The translations under genes were made by a program, and so were the position numbers. From an uncultured delta proteobacterium (GTDB taxonomy: Bacteria; Myxococcota_A; Polyangia; Polyangiales; Polyangiaceae): a stretch of 64,000 bases of DNA. The DNA is taken from the NCBI GenBank assembly GCA_963782055.1, contig CAWAIF010000003.1:5920001-5984000 (forward strand), written 5' to 3'. Below are positions 23,573 through 30,963 of the stretch, in pieces. The notes below the pieces were generated by a model. That model was not told the DNA's origin. It saw nothing but the letters and a program-made list of their open reading frames with translations, and ran no database searches. Positions within the stretch are counted from its first letter, which is position 1. Each line of letters opens with the position of its first letter.

Positions 23573-24805
23573 TCACTTCAGCGTGATGCGTGCCAGGCGG
23601 CACGCGCCGCCGAAGTTGGGCAGCGGGTGCGCGTAGCCCACCACGATCTGCTTCCCGTCGACGGAGCGCAGCGCCCCGTGCTCCTTGGCGAGATAGTTGG
23701 TGCCCGCGTCGCCCGTCACGAAGGCGCTGCCTGAGACCACCACCTCCGGGTCGGTCCACGGACCCGTGATGGCGTCGGCGGTGCGCAACGCGACGTCGTC
23801 GGAGAGCGGCTTGCTGTAGACGGCCAGCCACTTGCCGAGCCACGGGTTGCGCTGGATGGAGATCCCGTAGCTCGCGCGGTCGATGAACCACGCGGCCTGC
23901 GTCACGTCGGCCACCCACCCCGCGCCACTCCAGAAGGTGTACGCAGCCCTCGTCGTGGCGCCGGCGACCGGCGCCTTGGCGATCTTGCAGTGGTAGTCGA
24001 ACCCCAGCGCCTGCTCGCAGTCGAAGAGGTAGACGGTGTCGCCGTCGACCGTGGCGCCGCCGACCCCGAAGAGCGGGTCGGGCGGCTGGAAGAGGAAGCT
24101 GGGATCGCGCGTGGCCTGCGTCGAGTCCTTCGTGACGTGCGCGGTGCCGACGGCGTCCACGGCGAAGCCGCTCCCGCCGCTGCGCACGACGTGGTTGAAG
24201 AGCACCACGCCCTCCGTCGCGCTGGTCGGGATCACCGAGCCGGGCCAGAGGGCGAAGCCGTTGCCCGCGTCCGCCTGGTTCTGCGCCACCTCGGCCGGCG
24301 TGTAGGGGATGAACTCCATCGGCAGCCCGGCGTCGTCCAGCGGCTCGGTGAGGGCCAGCGGGCTCGCGGGCGTGCTCCACCCCGCGGTGCTGGAGCGCAC
24401 CGAGGTGCCGTCCTGCGCGTTCGGCTTGGTCAGGAAGGTGTCGCCGAACGTCCAGACCAGCTCGCCCCCGATCAGCCCCGACGTCGTCCCGTCGCGCCCG
24501 ACCACCGTCCCCGGCGCGCTGAAGGCGCCCAGGTCGTCGACGTGGTCGACGGCGAGCACGTGCCCCCCAGCGTCCGCTGCGGCGTCGACTCCGGCGTCGC
24601 CCGGCGCATCCGGGTTGCTGCACGCAACAACGAGCGGCAGCGCGACCGCCAGCGCGAGGACCGGCGCGCGTTCCCGGGACGTGCGCCGCGGCGCACCACC
24701 CTCCCCGTGTGGCGCGCGAAGCGCGACACCGTGGGGAGGGCGCCCACGCGCAGGGCCCGCGCGCAAGCTCTCGTGCGCGGCGACGTCCGTGTACTCTGCA
24801 CCCAT
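23573..24805 (-). CDS. DUF4185-like beta-propeller lipoprotein (start uncertain)
   Basis: Lipobox VVAC; GRDG...WTFGDTF, YTFWSGAGW, GPWTDP. Confidence 0.6.
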   Translation of the reverse strand: MGAEYTDVAAHESLRAGPARGRPPHGVALRAPHGEGGAPRRTSRERAPVLALAVALPLVVACSNPDAPGDAGVDAAADAGGHVLAVDHVDDLGAFSAPGTVVGRDGTTSGLIGGELVWTFGDTFLTKPNAQDGTSVRSSTAGWSTPASPLALTEPLDDAGLPMEFIPYTPAEVAQNQADAGNGFALWPGSVIPTSATEGVVLFNHVVRSGGSGFAVDAVGTAHVTKDSTQATRDPSFLFQPPDPLFGVGGATVDGDTVYLFDCEQALGFDYHCKIAKAPVAGATTRAAYTFWSGAGWVADVTQAAWFIDRASYGISIQRNPWLGKWLAVYSKPLSDDVALRTADAITGPWTDPEVVVSGSAFVTGDAGTNYLAKEHGALRSVDGKQIVVGYAHPLPNFGGACRLARITLK

Positions 24806-24870
24806 CGACCGGCGCGCGCGAGAGCGAGCACGGGCCCGAGCATGGGCGGGGAGGGGCATCCCTCCTCCTC

Positions 24871-26154
24871 TCATCCCTCGGTCTCCCCGAACGCCTGGTA
24901 CCGCGCGCGCTCCTCCTCGCTCGGCCATGCCTCCTTCACGATCGCGAACTTTCCATGATCGAAGGGCAGCCCCGGCGCCTCCGCCACCTTCACGATCCGC
25001 TCCCGCTCCCCGCTCGCGAGCAGCTCCAGCGCGCGGTGATGGCAGTACGGGTTGTCCCCCGCCTTGCCGAAGAGCACGTGCGTCGTCCAGTTGCAGCCCG
25101 CCATGCACGCCTCCGCGTAGTAGCAGGTGCGGCAGAAGCCGCCGAGGTCCTCCACCGTGCGGTCGCGGGTGAAGCGCAGCTCCTTGCTCTGCTCCCAGAT
25201 GTCCAGGAGCGTGGCGTCGCGCACGTTGCCGCCGACGTACTCCTCCGTCGGGAGGGAGGGGCAGCCCTTGATGTCGCCGTTGGCCTCGATGCCCAGCACC
25301 AGGCGGCCCGCGCCGCACGGCCCGCGGTGCTTCTGCGCGTACATGCTGCGCAGGTGCGCCTCGAAGGGACCGAAGTACCCGATGTTGTTGCCCGCCCAGA
25401 AGCGGACGCCCGTCTCGTCGGCGCGCGACTTGAGGCGCGCGAGCATCGGGATCACCTCCAGCACCTGATACGGCTCCAGCAGCATCTCCGGCTCGTCGCC
25501 GGCGCGGCCCATGGCGGTGGTGAGCTGCATCTGCCAGCCGTGGATCTTCTTCTTCACGAAGATCTCGAAGACCTCGGGGATCTCGTGCAGGTTGACGCGG
25601 TTGATCTGCGTGTTGGCGGCGATGGCGATGCCGGCCGCCTTGGCGTTGTCCATCGCCGCCATGGCGGCGGCGAAGCTCCCCTCCACGCCGCGCAGCAGAT
25701 CGTGTGTACTCTGCAATCCATCCACCGACACGCTGATGCTCTGGATGCCCGCCGCCTTCGCCGCGCGCGCGCGCTCCGCCGTCAGCCCGCGGCCGCCGGT
25801 GGTCATCGTGCACTGCATGCCGAGGCGGCGGATCTCCCGGGCGATGTCCACCCAGTCCTCGCGCAGGTAGGCCTCGCCGCCGATGAGGGTCACCTCCAGC
25901 ACGCCGAGCTCGTGCATCTGCCGGACGAGATCGAGCGCCTGCGCGGTGTCCAGCTCGTCCGGGCGGCCGCGGCCGGCGCGCGAGCCGCAGTGGCGGCAGG
26001 CGAGATCGCAGGCGAGGGTGATCTCCCAGACGGCGTAGATGGGGCGGACCTTGTCCTTGTCGCGCACCTCCGCGGCGAGCGGCAGCCGCCGCTTCGACGG
26101 CTCCGCCATCGGGGCGATGGGGAGGCTGCGCGGGCGGGCGCCGAGGATGGTCAC
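24871..26154 (-). CDS. Radical SAM/SPASM peptide maturase, PlpX (splicease)-like
   Basis: YAVWEITLACDLACRHCGSRAG (CxxxCxxC), GNNIGYFGP; SPASM region LGIEANGDIKGCPSL...CRTCYYAEACMAGC...NPYCHHRAL, PGLPFDHG. Confidence 0.9.
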   Translation of the reverse strand: MTILGARPRSLPIAPMAEPSKRRLPLAAEVRDKDKVRPIYAVWEITLACDLACRHCGSRAGRGRPDELDTAQALDLVRQMHELGVLEVTLIGGEAYLREDWVDIAREIRRLGMQCTMTTGGRGLTAERARAAKAAGIQSISVSVDGLQSTHDLLRGVEGSFAAAMAAMDNAKAAGIAIAANTQINRVNLHEIPEVFEIFVKKKIHGWQMQLTTAMGRAGDEPEMLLEPYQVLEVIPMLARLKSRADETGVRFWAGNNIGYFGPFEAHLRSMYAQKHRGPCGAGRLVLGIEANGDIKGCPSLPTEEYVGGNVRDATLLDIWEQSKELRFTRDRTVEDLGGFCRTCYYAEACMAGCNWTTHVLFGKAGDNPYCHHRALELLASGERERIVKVAEAPGLPFDHGKFAIVKEAWPSEEERARYQAFGETEG

Positions 26155-26520
26155 TCAGTCGCCCCCGGAGTCGAGGGTTCCGGCGTCGGGCGGCGGGCCG
26201 CCGTAGGCGCCCTGGAGCGCGTCGGGGCCGGCGTCCTTCGCGGCGGCGTCGGCGTCGGGCCCGCCGTCCGCCAGCGCCGCGTCGTCTCCGTTGCCGCCGT
26301 CGTACGGAGGGGCGGGCGCCCCGTACACGGGCGTCAGTACCACGCCGCTGCCGCAGGCCGTCGCCACCATCGTAGCGCCGGCGACGAGCACGGCGCGGCT
26401 CACGCGCCCCGGAGCCACGCGCGCAGGAATGGAGTCGACGCGCGCCTCGCCGCAGAAGGGACAGCGGGCGTCCTCCGCGCGCACGTGGCGGCGGCAGTGC
26501 TCGCAAAGGTGAAAGCTCAT
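26155..26520 (-). CDS. Putative RiPP precursor 1 (Zn-ribbon leader, lipobox, two YG motifs)
   Basis: CEHCRRHVRAEDARCPFCG; VATAC; PVYGAP and GAYGGPP. Confidence 0.8.
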   Translation of the reverse strand: MSFHLCEHCRRHVRAEDARCPFCGEARVDSIPARVAPGRVSRAVLVAGATMVATACGSGVVLTPVYGAPAPPYDGGNGDDAALADGGPDADAAAKDAGPDALQGAYGGPPPDAGTLDSGGD

Positions 26521-26532
26521 GACGTGAGCGTA

Positions 26533-26607
26533 TCAACCGCCGCAGAAGGGGCAAGCAGCGTCCGCGCGCGCGCGCGGCGGCTGGCAGCCGTCGCGGGTGA
26601 AGCTCAC
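26533..26607 (-). pseudogene. 24-codon degenerate copy of the precursor leader
   Basis: Manual translation from GTG: MSFTRDGCQPPRARADAACPFCGG*. Confidence 0.6.
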
Positions 26608-26619
26608 GGCCTCAGGCCA

Positions 26620-27081
26620 TCAAAGGTCCGGTGGGTGGTCCTTCGGCGGCTTGTGGTGACGCGGGGGCGGCGGGCCTCCGTAGACGGTGACGTGCCTGCG
26701 ACGCCCGGCGTCGGCGGCGTCCGGCGAAGCGGTGTGATCGCTCACGCCGGCGTCCGGTCCGGCCGTGTCCTCGCTCGCGCCGGCATCGGGGGGCGCGACG
26801 GTGGGGATGGGCGGGGGAGGCGCCCCGTAGGCGGGCACCGCGACCACCGTCGGCATCGGCGCGGGCGGAGACGCGGACTTGTCGGTGAACCACCCGCGCG
26901 GATCGGCGGTCGTGTTGCAGCCGACGGCGACGGCCGCGACGCCGACGAGGGCCGCGCGGGTGAGGCGAGCCGGCGCCGTCCGTGAGGGCGCGGAGGCGGC
27001 CCCGGCGGATGCACCACAGAAGGGGCACGCGGCGTCGGCGGATCGCACGTGCCGGCGGCACGCCGCGCAGACGACGAGCAT
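26620..27081 (-). CDS. Putative RiPP precursor 2
   Basis: MLVVCAACRRHVRSADAACPFCG; VAVGC; PAYGAPP and TVYGGPP; TGATG overlap with precursor 3. Confidence 0.8.
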   Translation of the reverse strand: MLVVCAACRRHVRSADAACPFCGASAGAASAPSRTAPARLTRAALVGVAAVAVGCNTTADPRGWFTDKSASPPAPMPTVVAVPAYGAPPPPIPTVAPPDAGASEDTAGPDAGVSDHTASPDAADAGRRRHVTVYGGPPPPRHHKPPKDHPPDL

Positions 27082-27443
27082 CAGTCGGTTCCGGCGTCGG
27101 TGGGCGGGCCCCCGTACGCCGCGATCGGTCCCTCGTCGGCCGCGTCCTGCGGCGGCGCGGCGTCGAGGGGCGGGCCGCCGTAAAAGACGAGCGGCCCGTC
27201 GATCGACGAGTCCTTGGCGGCGTCCAGGCCGGCGGCGTCGGCGCCGCCGTCGGTGGGCTCGGTCGTGCTGCCGCCACACGCCACCGCCACCGCCGCCACG
27301 CCGATGAGCGCCGCCGCACGGCTCTTGCGCCAGGGCGAGCCCGGCGATCGCCCGGCGCCGACGATGGTGGCGCCGCAGAAGGGACACGCGGCGTCCTCCT
27401 GCTTCACGTGACGCGCGCACCCGGAGCAAATGCAGAGCGGCAT
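27081..27443 (-). CDS. Putative RiPP precursor 3
   Basis: GGAGG RBS; MPLCICSGCARHVKQEDAACPFCG; VAVAC; VFYGGPP and AAYGGPP. Confidence 0.8.
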   Translation of the reverse strand: MPLCICSGCARHVKQEDAACPFCGATIVGAGRSPGSPWRKSRAAALIGVAAVAVACGGSTTEPTDGGADAAGLDAAKDSSIDGPLVFYGGPPLDAAPPQDAADEGPIAAYGGPPTDAGTD

Positions 27444-27632
27444 GGGCGAGACCTCCCGAGACGTCGAGGATACCGCACCGCGCCACCGCAGGGGCACGAA
27501 ACCACGGCGGGGCCGGTATCCATCCCCCTCGATGGGGTTTGGCGGGTGCTAGCGTGCAGTCCATGGCGCTGGTCCCCTGTCCATCGTGCCGACGCCACGT
27601 GCGCGAGGAGGAGTCGTGCCCCTCGTGACTGA

Positions 27633-28028
27633 CTACACCATCAGTCCCGGCAGCGGCCCCTGACCGGCCTGCCCGAAGGTGGGCGTCGGGTCCCCCATCG
27701 CCCGGGCGATGCTCACCAGCAGATCGGCGTGCCGGTGGTAGCCCACGTCGTGGAGCTGGCCGGTGTGGACCGCGCCGCCCCCGCCGCCCCCCAGGATGAA
27801 CGCCCTGACCATGTGCTTCGACACCGCCGACGCGCAGTCGCCGGTGCACTTCTTCGGGTCGTCGAAGGGCATCTTGGCGTCGACGAAGCTGGTGAGCGAG
27901 GCGAGGTCATAGCGCGGCCCGCGATCGCGCAGGGAGGGGCCGCTGCCGCCCTCGCCCTGCGCGCCGTGGCAGCTCGCGCATTGCGACGCGTAGATCGGCT
28001 TGCCGTCCTGCGCAAAATTCCGCCACAT
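27633..28028 (-). CDS. c-type cytochrome domain (CxxCH) fused to an unrelated C-terminal fragment; possible relic
   Basis: CASCH and KMP; no signal peptide; tail ends ...TFGQAGQGPLPGLMV. Confidence 0.6.
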   Translation of the reverse strand: MWRNFAQDGKPIYASQCASCHGAQGEGGSGPSLRDRGPRYDLASLTSFVDAKMPFDDPKKCTGDCASAVSKHMVRAFILGGGGGGAVHTGQLHDVGYHRHADLLVSIARAMGDPTPTFGQAGQGPLPGLMV

Positions 28029-28171
28029 TCAGCGCGGGCGCCCGACCTCTGGTCCCGGCGGCAAGGCCGACCCAGCCAGGCGTTGCAGGCGTTCCACGCC
28101 GACGACGCGCTCCTTGCACCGCACCGCAGCCGGTGCACGCCGGACAGGCCGAAAACCTGCGCGAGGCCGCG

Positions 28172-28188
28172 TTGGCATCCCCGATGCT
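28172..28188 (+). promoter_or_regulatory. Putative sigma54 promoter
   Basis: TTGGCATCCCCGATGCT (GG-N10-GC), ending 16 nt before the ATG at 28204. Confidence 0.5.
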
Positions 28189-28203
28189 CTGTAACGGGTC
28201 GTC

Positions 28204-28974
28204 ATGAAGTTCCGCAAGCTCACCGGCCTCGCGCTCGCGGTCATCGTCGCGGCGATGCCCATCGCAGCATGCGAGAACACCTACACCTACGTCCCGACCA
28301 CCAGCGCCACGGTGGCCACCGGCGGCGACCTCGCAGCCGAGTATCCCATCCCGGCCGACGCGCCGCGAGGCACGTTGCAGGTGGAGTCCTTCGGCTTCGC
28401 CGACGTGAGCTCGCCCTCGGCGCCCGATCAGCAGCTCTCCGCGCTGCACCTGCGGCTGACACTCGTGAACCACGGCACCAAGGCCTGGACGCTCGACACG
28501 CGGGCGCAGCGGCTGGACCTCGACCACCGCGGCGCGGGCGCGCCGGCGTTCGCGTCGGCGGACAAGGGGACGCCGCCGGTCGTGATCGTCCCCCCGTCGG
28601 GCAAGCGCGTCGTGGACCTCTTCTTCATGCTCCCCGCCGACATGCAGAGCGCCGGGCGCCTCCCCGCGTTCGACGCGATGTGGCAGGTGAACGACGGCGA
28701 TCAGCTCGTCCAGGGGCGCACGCCCTTCGAGCGGCTCGTCGTCGAGCCCACGCCGGCGTACACGTACGACTACGGGTCGTACGACTACTGGGGACCGCCA
28801 TACTGGTACAACCCGCACTACGCGTCGTACGGCTTCCGGGGCGAGCTCGTCGTCCCGCGCGCGTACCACCGCCACCCGGTCATCATCCACCGCGGCATCC
28901 ACAACGGTGAGCACCGCGGTGCCTTCCACGATCCGCTGCGCGCGACGCCGCACGGCGGCGGCCACCACCGCTAG
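28204..28974 (+). CDS. Hypothetical lipoprotein with Tyr/His-rich tail
   Basis: MKFRK...IAAC lipobox. Confidence 0.8.
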   Translation: MKFRKLTGLALAVIVAAMPIAACENTYTYVPTTSATVATGGDLAAEYPIPADAPRGTLQVESFGFADVSSPSAPDQQLSALHLRLTLVNHGTKAWTLDTRAQRLDLDHRGAGAPAFASADKGTPPVVIVPPSGKRVVDLFFMLPADMQSAGRLPAFDAMWQVNDGDQLVQGRTPFERLVVEPTPAYTYDYGSYDYWGPPYWYNPHYASYGFRGELVVPRAYHRHPVIIHRGIHNGEHRGAFHDPLRATPHGGGHHR

Positions 28975-29064
28975 GTGGCACCGGCCGAGGCCCGAAAAAG
29001 AACCCTGCCCGACCCAACTATTTCCCCCGACCGGTTCCTTCCATCATGAAAGGCAGGGACTACG

Positions 29065-29427
29065 ATGTCGGACTACTTCGTCGCGGGCGGTTGGGGAATG
29101 TATCCGGTGACGCTCTTCGGGTTCTTACTGGTGGCGGTGACGGCGCTGCACGCGCTGCGGCCCCGGCCCGTCTACGCGCGGCTGGCGCTCGTCCTGGGGA
29201 TCGCCACCTTCATGGCCGGGCTGCTCGGCACCGCGACGGGCATCAGCGCGACGGCACACTACATCCAGCACGTCGCGCAGCCGAAGCAGGTGGAGATCTT
29301 CGCCCTCGGCCTGGACGAGTCGCTGCACGACCTGGTGCTCTCGATGATCCTCGTGGTCGTCGCGTGCCTCATCGCCACCGTCGGCGTCCTCCGCAACGGG
29401 AGGACCTCGGCCCCGGCCGCGGCGTGA
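29065..29427 (+). CDS. Small three-TM membrane protein (MotA/ExbB-like segment)
   Basis: GGWGMYP, GLLGTATG. Confidence 0.7.
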   Translation: MSDYFVAGGWGMYPVTLFGFLLVAVTALHALRPRPVYARLALVLGIATFMAGLLGTATGISATAHYIQHVAQPKQVEIFALGLDESLHDLVLSMILVVVACLIATVGVLRNGRTSAPAAA

Positions 29428-29431
29428 GGGG

Positions 29432-29953
29432 ATGGACTCCGACGAGGCCCTCTTCCGGCGGTGGGTCGGAGGCGACATGCGCGCCTTCGACCTCCTCCAT
29501 GACCGCTTCGAGCGCCCGCTCTTCGGCTTCATACGCGCGCAGGTGGGCGACGCCGGCGAGGCGGAGGACGTGCTGCACGAGACCTTCATGGCGCTGCTGC
29601 GCGAGCGCCCGGACGAGCTGCGGAGCTTCCGCGCGTGGGTCTACACCGTCGCGCGTCACCTCTGCCAGAACCGCGTGCGGTCGCGCAAGCGCGCCGGCCG
29701 CGCGCACGAGGCGGCGGCGGTGACGGCCACCGTCCCCGCGGGAGCGCACGAGCAGCTGGAGGCGCACGAGCGCGGCGTGCTGCTGGAGCGCGCGGTCGCC
29801 CGCCTCCCCTCCTCCCTCGCGGAGGTCTACCGGCTGCGGGGCGCCGGGATGTCCTACGACGAGGTCGCCGAGATCCTCGAGGTCCCGGTGACGACGGTGA
29901 GGTCGCGCGTGCACGAGATGGTCAAGCGGTTGCGAGAAGAGGTGGCGTCATGA
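29432..29953 (+). CDS. ECF sigma factor
   Basis: AEDVLHETF, FRAWVYTVARH, SYDEVAEILEVPVTTVRSR. Confidence 0.92.
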   Translation: MDSDEALFRRWVGGDMRAFDLLHDRFERPLFGFIRAQVGDAGEAEDVLHETFMALLRERPDELRSFRAWVYTVARHLCQNRVRSRKRAGRAHEAAAVTATVPAGAHEQLEAHERGVLLERAVARLPSSLAEVYRLRGAGMSYDEVAEILEVPVTTVRSRVHEMVKRLREEVAS

Positions 29954-30309
29954 GCTGCGCGGAGATCGAGCAGGAGCTCGTCGGGTATCACTTCAACACC
30001 CTGCCCCAGGACGTACGGCGGCGGGTGGAGGCGCACCTGCCGGAGTGCGACGCGTGCGTCCGCGCCTTCGTCGAGCTCAAGCGCGACATCGAGACGGGCG
30101 AGGAGGCCCCGCGGCCCTCGGAGGCGGCGCGCCTCCGACTGCGCCGCGCGGTGGCCCGGGAGCTGGGCGTGGAGGCGCCGCGGTGGCGCTGGTGGGAGCG
30201 GCCGGCGGCGATCGCCTTCGCCGCCTCGGTGGTGCTCGCCGCCGGGATGACGACGCGCCTGCTCACCTCGCGGCCGGGCGCGCCGCCGCACGCCATCACC
30301 GATCGCTGA
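29950..30309 (+). CDS. Zinc-finger (zf-HC2) anti-sigma factor
   Basis: HLPECDAC (HxxxCxxC) plus one TM; ATGA overlap with the sigma gene. Confidence 0.85.
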   Translation: MSCAEIEQELVGYHFNTLPQDVRRRVEAHLPECDACVRAFVELKRDIETGEEAPRPSEAARLRLRRAVARELGVEAPRWRWWERPAAIAFAASVVLAAGMTTRLLTSRPGAPPHAITDR

Positions 30310-30353
30310 GGGACGACGCGCGCCGCCCCTCACGGTCCGTCACCGACCGGGGT

Positions 30354-30959
30354 TCAGCCGCCGAGGAGCCTGCGCACGCGCGAGAGCACGCCGGCGAGGG
30401 CCCCTCGCGCGGCCTCGGAGGCCGGCGCCTCGTCCGGCGAGGGGGCGGCCAGCCCCGCGGCGTCGCGCACCGCGTCGGCGAGCTCGGCCGCGTCGAACCA
30501 GATCCCGTGCACTCTACACACATCGACGGGCAGCCCCCGGTGGCCGTCGAAGGGAACGCGCTCCATCGCCGCGCGACAGACCGGGCAGGTGGCCAGCTCC
30601 CCGAGCGCGTCGCGCTGCGGGCCCTGCTCCGCCGGCAGCGGCGCGAGGTCCTCGCCCGGCACCGGGCCGAGGCTGCTGGTGTGCTCCAGCATGAGCGCCC
30701 AGTCCACCGGAGGCACGAAGCAGCCGTGACAGCCGATGCAGTAGAGCAGCGCGGCAGGCTCATCAGGCGTTTCCTGCAGCTCCAGACCGATGAAGCACCG
30801 CGGGCAGACGACCTGGAGCTCGCGGGCGCGCGGTGCCCCGGCCGGCGGCGCGGGGGCGTTGCACGCGGCGCAGCGGCCCTCGGTGAAGAAGCCGCCGCAC
30901 GAGAGGCACCGCGACGCCAGGTCCGGGGCCGACCCCGTGTCGCGGTATGGTGAGCTCAC
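30354..30959 (-). CDS. Multi zinc-ribbon (zf-TFIIB-like) protein
   Basis: CPRC, CIGCHG, CPVC, DVCRVHGIWFD. Confidence 0.75.
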   Translation of the reverse strand: MSSPYRDTGSAPDLASRCLSCGGFFTEGRCAACNAPAPPAGAPRARELQVVCPRCFIGLELQETPDEPAALLYCIGCHGCFVPPVDWALMLEHTSSLGPVPGEDLAPLPAEQGPQRDALGELATCPVCRAAMERVPFDGHRGLPVDVCRVHGIWFDAAELADAVRDAAGLAAPSPDEAPASEAARGALAGVLSRVRRLLGG

Positions 30960-30963
30960 GACG

